IMG/VR virus record: IMGVR_UViG_3300045391_001776
Length of the DNA stretch: 57,959 bases
Direction: 5' to 3' (one strand)
Source: a virus
Below the pieces are notes generated by a model that worked only from the letters and a program-made list of their open reading frames with translations, was not told where the DNA came from and did not search any database. Position numbers and translations under genes: made by a program. Positions within the stretch are counted from its first letter, which is position 1. Each line of letters starts with the position of its first letter. Positions 50,854 to 57,959 of this stretch are shown here, piece by piece.

Positions 50854-52656
50854 ATGAAACGAGCCATTGAAATATCTGAAAACCTGCGTCTGCCGCTCGA
50901 CGTCGTTACGCAGTCGATTGCCATCCTGGCCAAGAAGCGCAGCGGCAAGAGCTACCTCGCTCGCAAGATAAACGAGCAGCTGTCTCATGCCGGACAACAG
51001 ATCGTCATGGCAGACCCTAAGGGTGACTGGTGGGGTATCCGCTCGAGCGCGGACGGAAAATCCCCCGGCCTCCCGGTCGTCATCTTCGGCGGCGAGCATG
51101 CGGATATCCCCCTGGAACCTACGCAAGCGAGTGGTGAGCTGGTAGCAAAGCTCATCGTGTCTGAGCGCCTGAGTGCCCTCCTCGACCTTGGATTAATGCG
51201 CAAGAGCGAGATGAGGACATTCATGACAGCGTTCATGGAAACGCTGTATCGCCTGAAGGCGCAAGAAAAGTACCGCACGCCGGTGATGTTGACGCTAGAC
51301 GAGGCCGACGTATTCGCCCCACAAAAACCGATGCAGGACGAAGCCAGAATGTTGGGGGCTGTCGACGACATCGTGCGCCGCGGAGGTCAACGCGGAATTG
51401 GCTGTATGGTCGCGACCCAACGCTCGGCCGTTTTGAACAAGAACATCCTGTCGCAGACTCAAATCCTGGTCGGCCTTCGAACGATCGCGCCACAGGACTT
51501 GAAGGCGTTCAACGATTGGATCGACGTCCACGGTACCCGCGAGCAAGGCAATACGCTTATGGCGTCACTCCCGTCGCTTCCGATCGGGACTGCATGGTTC
51601 TGGTCACCGGGATGGCCTACCGAATCGGGGATATTCGATCGAGTGAAGGTCGGCTCGATTTCCACGTTCGACTCTGGTGCAACGCCTGAAGTCGGAAAGA
51701 AACGGGCTGTGCCGAAAACCGTCGCCGACATCGACCTAACAGCCGTACGTGCTCTGTTGGCCGATACACTTGAGCGCGCGAAAGCTGAAGATCCGACTGA
51801 GCTTCGGAAACGCATTAAGGAACTGGAATCAAAGCTAAGAGCCGTTCCGACGACGACACAGGCGCCAAAGCGCGTTGAGGTGCCGGTCCTAAAGAACGGC
51901 GAACTCAAGCAGATAAAAACCTTTCTCAAAATTGCCGAGAGTTGCATCGAGCGCGCCGGCGAAACGCGGCACACACTTGAATCCGCAGTGGGAAATTTAG
52001 AAACGGTCTGTAACGACCTACGTGCCGTGGTACAGCAATCTACATCTAACCCGTACATGAGCAGTTACCTTGAGACGAATTTGGATCCGTCAGCCGGTTA
52101 TGTCGTCCCAAAAAATGTGCAAATAAAGAATATCCGTTATATCAGCGGCGGCCCAAAGAAGGACGGCGATCTGTCTGGACCTGAACAACGTATTGTCGAT
52201 GCCATAGCATGGTTCAACGCAATAGGTGTTCACCAACCATCCCGTGCGGCAGTCGCCTGTGTGGCTCGATATTCGATCACAAGCAGCTCGTTCGCCAATC
52301 CCTGCGGGAGGCTTCGCTCGACGGCGATCATAGAATATCCGAGTAGCGACACGATGGAGTTGACCGAGAAAGGCCGAACTATCGCAAATCGACCTGGCAC
52401 ACCGCCAACCGTGCGCGAACTCCACGATCGTGTGCTGAGTGTCCTGGGCACACCGGAACGACGCTTACTTTCCCCTCTGCTCGAGCGGTACCCACATGGG
52501 CTATCCGACCAGGAACTAGCTATTGCCGCGAACTACTCGCTCAGTAGCAGCTCGTTCGCTAACCCAAAGGGACGACTCCGCGGAATGGGCCTGATTACTT
52601 ATCCGAGTAAACGTCAGTCGCGCGCTGCTGACTTCCTCTTCCCGGAGATCAAATGA
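50854..52656 (+). CDS. HerA/FtsK/VirB4-type P-loop ATPase (DUF87-like) with two C-terminal wHTH-like repeats (600 aa)
   Basis: Walker A AKKRSGKSY, Walker B MLTLDEADVF, QRS..L sensor-like segment. C-terminal repeats ...YSITSSSFANPCGRLRSTAIIEYPS and ...YSLSSSSFANPKGRLRGMGLITYPS. Confidence 0.6.
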   Translation: MKRAIEISENLRLPLDVVTQSIAILAKKRSGKSYLARKINEQLSHAGQQIVMADPKGDWWGIRSSADGKSPGLPVVIFGGEHADIPLEPTQASGELVAKLIVSERLSALLDLGLMRKSEMRTFMTAFMETLYRLKAQEKYRTPVMLTLDEADVFAPQKPMQDEARMLGAVDDIVRRGGQRGIGCMVATQRSAVLNKNILSQTQILVGLRTIAPQDLKAFNDWIDVHGTREQGNTLMASLPSLPIGTAWFWSPGWPTESGIFDRVKVGSISTFDSGATPEVGKKRAVPKTVADIDLTAVRALLADTLERAKAEDPTELRKRIKELESKLRAVPTTTQAPKRVEVPVLKNGELKQIKTFLKIAESCIERAGETRHTLESAVGNLETVCNDLRAVVQQSTSNPYMSSYLETNLDPSAGYVVPKNVQIKNIRYISGGPKKDGDLSGPEQRIVDAIAWFNAIGVHQPSRAAVACVARYSITSSSFANPCGRLRSTAIIEYPSSDTMELTEKGRTIANRPGTPPTVRELHDRVLSVLGTPERRLLSPLLERYPHGLSDQELAIAANYSLSSSSFANPKGRLRGMGLITYPSKRQSRAADFLFPEIK

Positions 52657-52844
52657 GCGAGAAAACGGTAGGACAGAAGATTCTCCAGCTTCAGGGGCTA
52701 CTTGGCACCGACGCTGTAACGCCGTGGGTGACAACGTTCGTCGAAGACATGTTTGCCAAGAGCAATGGCGGCAAGAAAACGTCCCATCTCACAGGGCGCC
52801 AGGTGGAGAAGATTGACCAGATTTGGCGGGAGCACTTTGCGTGA
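52653..52844 (+). CDS. Hypothetical small protein (63 aa)
   Basis: ATGA coupling to the ATPase gene. Confidence 0.45.
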   Translation: MSEKTVGQKILQLQGLLGTDAVTPWVTTFVEDMFAKSNGGKKTSHLTGRQVEKIDQIWREHFA

Positions 52845-53032
52845 CTCCATCAGAACGGTTTCGCCAATCAATTTACAAAGCCTGGCTTCGCATCGGCGTT
52901 GCATGCGCGGTCTTGTCGTTCGTGGCCGGCGCCATCTCACTACTGACCGATAGATCCGGCTACGCGTTCTTGTGCTTTCTTTTGGTGATCGTCTCGTGCA
53001 TAGCGTTAGAACAAGCTGGGCCTAACGCATGA
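52841..53032 (+). CDS. Small two-TM membrane protein (63 aa)
   Basis: GTG 52841 (GTGA coupling). Hydrophobic helices. Confidence 0.45.
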   Translation: MTPSERFRQSIYKAWLRIGVACAVLSFVAGAISLLTDRSGYAFLCFLLVIVSCIALEQAGPNA

Positions 53033-54024
53033 AAGAGCGCCCCATCCTCATGAACGACGCGATGGTCCGGGCGACCTTACGCGAGGTCGATCCGAAGGGA
53101 CAGACGCGCCGGGTGGTGAAGCCCCAGCCAATTGTGGATACAAATGGCGAAATACTGTGGCGTGGTCATCGTGGACCGGCGAATTACATGTTACCCACCG
53201 GAGCAAAATTCTGGTGCCCCTACGGCCAACCAGGCGACCGGCTGATAGTCGCGAAGGAAATACCGGGAGTATCGAAAGCCTACTGTGCCGGCAGCAATGG
53301 GATCGTGTACTCACGTGCTCGCGGGGAATGGAGACCGCTAAAGCCGCACACAAACGGTAACGGATATCAATGCGTCACGATTATGGACGGCGCGAGAAAG
53401 ACTACGCGCGCAGTTCATTCTCTAGTGTGTTCTGCGTTCTACGGTCCGCCACCGTCCAAGTCTTCTCAGGTCAGGCACCTGAACGGTGACACCACTGACA
53501 ACGCGCCGTTAAATCTTGCGTGGGGATCGCAGCAGGAAAACTGGCTTGACAGGCGCTCTCACGGAAACGGTATTGAAGGCGAGAAACACCACGCCGCCAA
53601 GTTTACCGACGAGGAACGCGCACATATATGCTGGGCGATTGAGAAAGGTCTATGCAGCAAACGAGGCGCGGCGCGCACTCTCGGTATAGCGCAATCAACT
53701 GTGCAACAGATGCTCGATCATTGGTCTATTCCGACCGTGGACGAGACGCAGCCGGAAACACGTATTCCGCCACTCCTTCTCGAAATCACGGCCGTGCGCG
53801 TGGAGCGGGTACGGGACATAAGCGAGGCGGATGCGATCGCGGAAGGAATTAAACGGGAAAAGAATCTAGCCGGAGATTACGGCTGGCTCGCGCACGATGG
53901 CGCTGAACTTTCAAATTATCCACGAAATTCTTTTGCGATGCTGTGGAGCTCCATCCACGGCCCCGACGCATGGGCCCGCAACGACTGGATATGGGTGATT
54001 GAATTTAAGAGGCTAACGCCATGA
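53029..54024 (+). CDS. ASCH-like phage protein interrupted in frame by an HNH (HNH_3/NUMOD4-type) endonuclease plus HTH module
   Basis: Ends PILMNDAMVRATL..KGQTRRVVKPQP...CPYGQPGDRL and LLEITAVRVERVRDISEADAIAEGI...DWIWVIEFKRL match the ASCH-like family. The middle has NGYQCV...AVHSLVC...HLNGDTTDNAPLNLAWGSQQEN and an HTH. Confidence 0.6.
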   Translation: MKERPILMNDAMVRATLREVDPKGQTRRVVKPQPIVDTNGEILWRGHRGPANYMLPTGAKFWCPYGQPGDRLIVAKEIPGVSKAYCAGSNGIVYSRARGEWRPLKPHTNGNGYQCVTIMDGARKTTRAVHSLVCSAFYGPPPSKSSQVRHLNGDTTDNAPLNLAWGSQQENWLDRRSHGNGIEGEKHHAAKFTDEERAHICWAIEKGLCSKRGAARTLGIAQSTVQQMLDHWSIPTVDETQPETRIPPLLLEITAVRVERVRDISEADAIAEGIKREKNLAGDYGWLAHDGAELSNYPRNSFAMLWSSIHGPDAWARNDWIWVIEFKRLTP

Positions 54025-54329
54025 GCAACGACTCGACATCAGAATCCAAAGCGTGCAAATGCACGATGCTCGCATGGGATCCGGCAATCGATATCCACCT
54101 GGCCGCGATGCAAGACAAGCGGCACCATCCTGCATGTCCGTTACATGTAACCGAAAAACATCCTCGCCTTTTCTATTACGAAGAGACGGAGAACTGCTGG
54201 GCGCCAGCGCCGGAAAGCATCGAAAACATCATATCCGTCGACCTCCTTGACGACTGTGAAGCGCAAGATGTGACGTTTAAGCGCGTCGATATGACCGATG
54301 AAGAGTTCTACAACCTTCCGGAAGACTGA
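54021..54329 (+). CDS. Hypothetical protein (102 aa)
   Basis: ATGA coupling. Confidence 0.45.
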   Translation: MSNDSTSESKACKCTMLAWDPAIDIHLAAMQDKRHHPACPLHVTEKHPRLFYYEETENCWAPAPESIENIISVDLLDDCEAQDVTFKRVDMTDEEFYNLPED

Positions 54330-54331
54330 CC

Positions 54332-54559
54332 GTGAGCGCCATTGCCAAAACAAGCAAAGAACCCGGCACTTGCACATGGGAAGACTGCACCGAACATGCG
54401 ACCAAGCCGAGGATCGCTCAGGACGGAAGCAAGTGGGCCGACCTGTGCGATCAACACGATCGCCAAATCCAAACCGCGATCGACACGGGATCGGTATCCC
54501 TACTCTCCTTTTGGGTAAAGGCACAGGGCGGCGCAAAAGCCGCGGCGAGGCGAATGTGA
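54332..54559 (+). CDS. Hypothetical protein (75 aa)
   Basis: GTG start 2 nt after the upstream stop. Confidence 0.4.
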   Translation: MSAIAKTSKEPGTCTWEDCTEHATKPRIAQDGSKWADLCDQHDRQIQTAIDTGSVSLLSFWVKAQGGAKAAARRM

Positions 54560-54837
54560 CAACCGGTCGGTTCGAAGTGAAAGAGCCATCTATTGTAACG
54601 CCGTGTCCGAAATGCGGGAATCGGACCCAGTTCTTCTGCCACTCCGAACGCGTGGCAGAGGATAACTGCAACGTCTGGGTAGTGTGCGTGTGCGGTTTCG
54701 ACCCGACGGAGAACGACACTGGTTTTCGATTTGAAACTCCGTACGGTGGAGTCGACAAAGAAAACATTCAGATCGCCTTGTCATGCTGGGACGACGCACT
54801 ACTGGATAGTAAAGAAGCCGCGACGAGGAGTATGTGA
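54556..54837 (+). CDS. Hypothetical Zn-ribbon-like protein (93 aa)
   Basis: GTG 54556 (GTGA coupling). CPKCGN...C..C. Confidence 0.4.
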   Translation: MTTGRFEVKEPSIVTPCPKCGNRTQFFCHSERVAEDNCNVWVVCVCGFDPTENDTGFRFETPYGGVDKENIQIALSCWDDALLDSKEAATRSM

Positions 54838-55148
54838 TCATGAAAGACCTCACCAACATACCGACGCCGATTACTAATAGCTTGTCGCAAAAACTTGTTT
54901 GCGCAGGGAATATCACTCCATCTTGGAGGCATGCCTACGCTGATATGTTGGAGAATGCTCAAAAACTCGAACGCGAGCGGGCGGTGCTTTTGGAGATTTA
55001 TCCGATTCTACGCCGTCGGATAACTCATAGCGAACTGTCGCACGATTGCCAGAAAGACGCTGATGCGTGCGAGGAATGCAAGTTGCTGAACAAATTTGAC
55101 CGTGCAGTCACTCTCATCGAATCCAACAGCGCTGAAGAGCAGAAATGA
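54834..55148 (+). CDS. Hypothetical protein (104 aa)
   Basis: ATGA coupling. Confidence 0.45.
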   Translation: MIMKDLTNIPTPITNSLSQKLVCAGNITPSWRHAYADMLENAQKLERERAVLLEIYPILRRRITHSELSHDCQKDADACEECKLLNKFDRAVTLIESNSAEEQK

Positions 55149-55381
55149 AATACAAAATCGTGCTGGTAGCTTGGGTCGATTCTGTTTCGACCTTCGGCTG
55201 GCGAGAACCTAACGATCATGGCCCGGCCGTAATTATGACTTCCGGGTTCCTCGTTCGCGAGGACAGTAAATCCATTTCCGTATCGACAAGCGTTGGAAGG
55301 AGTGGTAATTGCCTCGACCAGCTTTGCATCCCTCGTGCGTGTATTCAGAGCATCAAGCAGATCGCTAACTGTGCCTTCTAA
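55145..55381 (+). CDS. Hypothetical protein (78 aa)
   Basis: ATGA coupling. Confidence 0.45.
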   Translation: MKYKIVLVAWVDSVSTFGWREPNDHGPAVIMTSGFLVREDSKSISVSTSVGRSGNCLDQLCIPRACIQSIKQIANCAF

Positions 55382-55385
55382 CCTG

Positions 55386-55574
55386 TTGCCGCATTTGAAG
55401 ACGAAAAAATACACCGACAAGTATTGGCGGTGTACGAGAAAGCGGTATTTCCATTCAGCCGAAGCGGCGCTCGGAGATGCCAAGCTGCGCGGCTTTGATA
55501 AGCCACACGCTGCATACCACTGCAAGCATTGCAAGGGTTTTCATCTGACTACACACGTAAAGAGAAAGCCATGA
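55386..55574 (+). CDS. Small basic Cys/His protein (about 62 aa), start uncertain
   Basis: In-frame CTG/TTG candidates at 55383-55397 after the upstream stop. YHCKHCKGFHLT motif. Confidence 0.35.
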   Translation: MPHLKTKKYTDKYWRCTRKRYFHSAEAALGDAKLRGFDKPHAAYHCKHCKGFHLTTHVKRKP

Positions 55575-55867
55575 CCCAAGACAAACCAAAGCCGAGTAGC
55601 GGTGCGGAAGGGCCGGAGCAATTATTTGTCGGCCCAAAGGGCCAAGACATGGAAGGTGAATACCCGGTCAGTGATGAATTCAAGTGGGAAGGCTGGAACG
55701 AATACGTCAAATGCTCCCTAGAGAGACTGCGGAGGTTGGAGCGGCTTTACGAGATTGACTCTTGCCTATTCGATCCGGATTGGCACAGAAAAAACACAGT
55801 AGACGCGGCTTGTGGCCTTCGCGACGAACGACGCACCCTCCTCTCCGAGCTACGGGATCAGACATGA
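55571..55867 (+). CDS. Hypothetical protein (98 aa)
   Basis: ATG 55571 (ATGA coupling). Confidence 0.45.
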   Translation: MTQDKPKPSSGAEGPEQLFVGPKGQDMEGEYPVSDEFKWEGWNEYVKCSLERLRRLERLYEIDSCLFDPDWHRKNTVDAACGLRDERRTLLSELRDQT

Positions 55868-55980
55868 AAAGTGTACTCGCTTCCTTTCTCGGATTTGTCG
55901 GCATGCTGTTGTTCATTTGTGCCGATTGGTGTCTCGATTTAGCGGAACGACTCGACCCAGAAATGGATATCGAACCGTGA
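55864..55980 (+). CDS. Tiny membrane peptide (38 aa)
   Basis: ATGA coupling at the start and GTGA at the end. One hydrophobic helix. Confidence 0.35.
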   Translation: MKSVLASFLGFVGMLLFICADWCLDLAERLDPEMDIEP

Positions 55981-56183
55981 CAGACAAAAATAAAGCTGAT
56001 GAGGAAAGCGACAAGTATGTACGGGTTCCAATCGAACCGACTGAAGAAATGTGCGCTGCCGGCGCAAAATACTATAGCGACAACTTTAGGCCAGGACACG
56101 CTAAGACCGACACAAATATGGCTCTCATCTACGAAGCCATGATCGGCGCCAGACCAAAAATTCCAATGCCAGAAAGCCAATGA
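55977..56183 (+). CDS. Hypothetical protein (68 aa)
   Basis: GTG 55977 (GTGA coupling). Confidence 0.4.
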   Translation: MTDKNKADEESDKYVRVPIEPTEEMCAAGAKYYSDNFRPGHAKTDTNMALIYEAMIGARPKIPMPESQ

Positions 56184-56500
56184 CCAACGCTATGGCAGAA
56201 CGAGAGATTGTCGAGATACCAATCCATGAAGCAGAAGCGCTCACGGGAAAAAGGCTCGATCGACGTCGAAAATATGCCGCATGGAATGATCGATCTGAAG
56301 ACGAACACTCGGGAGCTAAGGTATTCGCGCTCGTGCGCTGGACTGACCTCTGCACTGGATGCACTGAACACGGTGAATACGGTACGCAATATGGTCCGTT
56401 CGGTTGTAGCGAGTGCGGGCACACCGGAAAACGTAGGCACGCCATGTGGGTGCCGGAAAAGTTCCTGGCCCTCTCCCTAGGGAAAGAATCCACACAATGA
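56180..56500 (+). CDS. Hypothetical Cys-rich protein (106 aa)
   Basis: ATGA coupling. CTGC...CSEC pattern. Confidence 0.45.
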   Translation: MTNAMAEREIVEIPIHEAEALTGKRLDRRRKYAAWNDRSEDEHSGAKVFALVRWTDLCTGCTEHGEYGTQYGPFGCSECGHTGKRRHAMWVPEKFLALSLGKESTQ

Positions 56501-56877
56501 CCCAATCGCGATTCATAAGGCACAGGGACGCGCCTGGCTATGTCGGCATGGACAAGAATCGATTTGACGCGGAAGTAAGGCCGTACCTTACGGAAATTCC
56601 CATTGGAATTCAGGGCATCGCCTACGACCGTATTGAACTTGACGCATGGGCGGATGAATATAAGCGGCGCAACGGGCGCCCCGCCAAAAAAGGAGGTATT
56701 ACATGGGGCGTAAAAGAAGCGCCGGACTCAGGCTCCGAGACGGGATCTACCATATCGAGAAGCAGTTCCTCGGAGTCTCGATTTACGAGTCTTGTAAGAC
56801 TGGCGACCTCGAAGAAGCGGAAGCGTACCTTGCCAAACGCGTCGAGGAAATCAGAAACGCGAAACTCCACGGCATAA
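56497..56877 (+). CDS. Excisionase/AlpA-like DNA-binding protein; low-complexity tail overlaps int
   Basis: ATG 56497 (ATGA coupling). FIRHRDAPGYVGMDKNRFDAEVRPYLTEIPIG..GIAYDRIELDAWAD resembles AlpA/Xis HTH proteins. The last 175 nt or so overlap the integrase frame. Confidence 0.5.
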   Translation: MTQSRFIRHRDAPGYVGMDKNRFDAEVRPYLTEIPIGIQGIAYDRIELDAWADEYKRRNGRPAKKGGITWGVKEAPDSGSETGSTISRSSSSESRFTSLVRLATSKKRKRTLPNASRKSETRNSTA

Positions 56878-57866
56878 GGCCGCGGCGTGTTTGGCGCGAA
56901 GCAGCGACCAAGTACCTTGAGGACAACAGGGACAGTCCAAGCATTGCTGACGATGCCCTTCACCTTAAGGCGCTCGATCGCTACATCGGCCTGAAGTACC
57001 TCGACGAGATTTATGAGGAAACGCTGGCGCCGTTCGTGAAGGACCGAAAGGCCGCAGGAAGGAAAGCCAAGACGATAAATAATGCGCTAGGCGTTGTGCG
57101 CAAGATTCTGAACTTGTGTGCGCGCAAATGGAGAACGGAGGGTATTACGTGGTTGGCCTCGGCACCAATGATTGAGATGTTGCCGTTAGCTGACGCAGCA
57201 AAGGCGTACCCCCTCGACCAGGACGAAGAGCGAAAATTGTTCAGTCGTCTGCCGGATCATCTTGCGGAAGCATGTCTTTACAAAGTGAACACTGGCGGCC
57301 GCGAACAAGAAGTGTGCGGTCTCCAGTGGTCGTGGGAAGTCGCGATTCCGGAATTGGAGACCAGCGTGTTTCTCGTCCCCGGCGACCTGGTGAAAAACGA
57401 AGAGGACCGCATTCACATCCTCAACGACATAGCCAAGTCTGTTATCGATGCCAAGCGACGAGTTCGTCCGCTTGACCATCTGCGGGGATGCGAAAGCCAC
57501 GACGACCACGCATGCAATTGCGCCTATACGTACGTCTTTACCTACATGGGGTATCGAATGGCCAATTTGCATACGAACGCCTGGGATCGCGCATGGAAGG
57601 CTGCAGGACTACCGGCGGGAAAGGAGTTCAAGAAAGGGGTCCATAACCTGAAGCACACGTTCGGGCGCCGTCTGAGGGCGGCCGGCGTGTCGAAGGAGAA
57701 TCGACAAGTGCTGCTCGGCCACAAGAATGGGGACATTACGACCCACTACTCCGCGGCCGAGGTGCAGGAATTGATCGATGCGGCGAATGCTCCTTTGCGT
57801 CGGAAGTCCGGCAAAAGTCCGGCACTCACTTTGATAAAAAGAAAGGCCGCTGTGGCGGCGGCCTGA
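56703..57866 (+). CDS. int: Tyrosine recombinase/phage integrase
   Basis: 387 aa. TGGREQEVCGLQW (Arg I region), HNLKHTFGRRL (H-x-x-R), LLGHKNGDITTHY (catalytic Tyr). Ends 24 nt before attR. Confidence 0.9.
   Translation: MGRKRSAGLRLRDGIYHIEKQFLGVSIYESCKTGDLEEAEAYLAKRVEEIRNAKLHGIRPRRVWREAATKYLEDNRDSPSIADDALHLKALDRYIGLKYLDEIYEETLAPFVKDRKAAGRKAKTINNALGVVRKILNLCARKWRTEGITWLASAPMIEMLPLADAAKAYPLDQDEERKLFSRLPDHLAEACLYKVNTGGREQEVCGLQWSWEVAIPELETSVFLVPGDLVKNEEDRIHILNDIAKSVIDAKRRVRPLDHLRGCESHDDHACNCAYTYVFTYMGYRMANLHTNAWDRAWKAAGLPAGKEFKKGVHNLKHTFGRRLRAAGVSKENRQVLLGHKNGDITTHYSAAEVQELIDAANAPLRRKSGKSPALTLIKRKAAVAAA
57806..57824 (+). promoter_or_regulatory. Candidate integrase arm-type sites (P arm): GTCCGGCA twice with an 11-bp period
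   Basis: GTCCGGCAAAAGTCCGGCA; 17 nt are identical to 144-160. Lies in the 3' end of int, 66 bp from the att core. Confidence 0.45.
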
Positions 57867-57890
57867 TTTACGGCTTTTTTACTGAAGAAA

Positions 57891-57959
57891 AATGGCGCGC
57901 CCGGAGAGATTCGAACTCCCGACCGCCTGGTTCGTAGTAAGGTGGCCTACTAAAAATAG
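57891..57959. repeat. attR: 69-bp direct repeat identical to 1-69
   Basis: Base-for-base identity with 1-69. The window ends at the end of the repeat. Confidence 0.95.
57893..57942 (-). tRNA. Partial tRNA-Arg(ACG)-like gene, 3' half only, inside attR
   Basis: Same sequence as 3-52. The bases that should form the 5' anticodon stem and D-arm (57938-57959) are not tRNA-like. Confidence 0.6.

Larger units (their letters stand above)
1..57959. mobile_element. Integrated temperate, podovirus-like prophage spanning the whole window (attL to attR)
   Basis: Identical 69-bp direct repeats at both ends; tyrosine integrase and Xis-like gene beside the right repeat; complete terminase/portal/coat/lysis/tail modules; CI/Cro-type switch. 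Confidence 0.9.

Noticed and set aside
53281-53780. Intein in the ASCH-like protein
   Set aside because: The insert starts near a Cys, but the C-terminal His-Asn plus Cys/Ser/Thr junction and the Hint blocks are missing. I treat it as an in-frame endonuclease domain insertion.
1-57959. CRISPR arrays, rRNA genes, IS/transposase genes, retron or other reverse-transcriptase elements
   Set aside because: No repeat-spacer periodicity, no rRNA-like sequence and no transposase or RT motifs were seen in any frame of the ORF track or in the intergenic regions.

Overview
The window is one complete integrated temperate phage, about 57.8 kb, bounded by identical 69-bp direct repeats (1-69 and 57891-57959). 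The repeats carry only the 3' half of a tRNA-Arg(ACG)-like gene.

Layout, left to right:
- attL.
- A small cargo region: an SRAP/YedK-like gene with a large insertion on the minus strand, and two small plus-strand genes.
- A leftward (-) transcription unit of about 38 kb. It starts at a Cro-like gene (40017) and runs through a replication-initiator gene with internal iterons, and accessory early genes. These include a VRR-NUC nuclease, a DUF2829/Tad2-like gene, a YbcO-like nuclease and a kinase/phosphatase/membrane cassette.
- The same unit then crosses two intrinsic terminators and continues with terS-terL-portal-scaffold-P22-like coat, three head-accessory genes each followed by a GC hairpin, a lysis cassette (GH19 endolysin, holin, Rz with embedded Rz1), tail and fibre genes, three ejection-like proteins and a 2,943-aa polyvalent virion protein (2177-11008).
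- An immunity region: a short CI-like HTH repressor, a lipoprotein, and five copies of a 16-bp operator.
- A rightward (+) operon of about 16.7 kb with roughly 30 mostly start/stop-overlapping genes: DUF4942-like, SbcD-like / C5-methyltransferase / SbcC-like, CsrA, SSB, DUF1643-like, HerA-like ATPase, an HNH endonuclease embedded in an ASCH-like protein, and many small ORFs. It ends with an Xis-like gene and a tyrosine integrase next to attR.

No tail tube, sheath or tape-measure genes are present, so the virion is probably podovirus-like. I saw no rRNA, CRISPR array, IS element or intact tRNA.

All functional calls come from motif recognition by eye; no database search was possible. Many start codons were moved from the longest-ORF track to ATGA/GTGA/TAATG-coupled starts.

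The best candidates for an undescribed system, none proven, are:
- the tightly coupled SbcD-like / multi-TRD C5-methyltransferase / SbcC-like trio;
- the five-gene mini-kinase / 3-TM membrane / HAD-phosphatase cassette;
- the HerA-like ATPase with tandem wHTH repeats and its coupled neighbours;
- the attL-proximal cargo (insertion-bearing SRAP plus a small two-gene cassette);
- the phage-borne CsrA.
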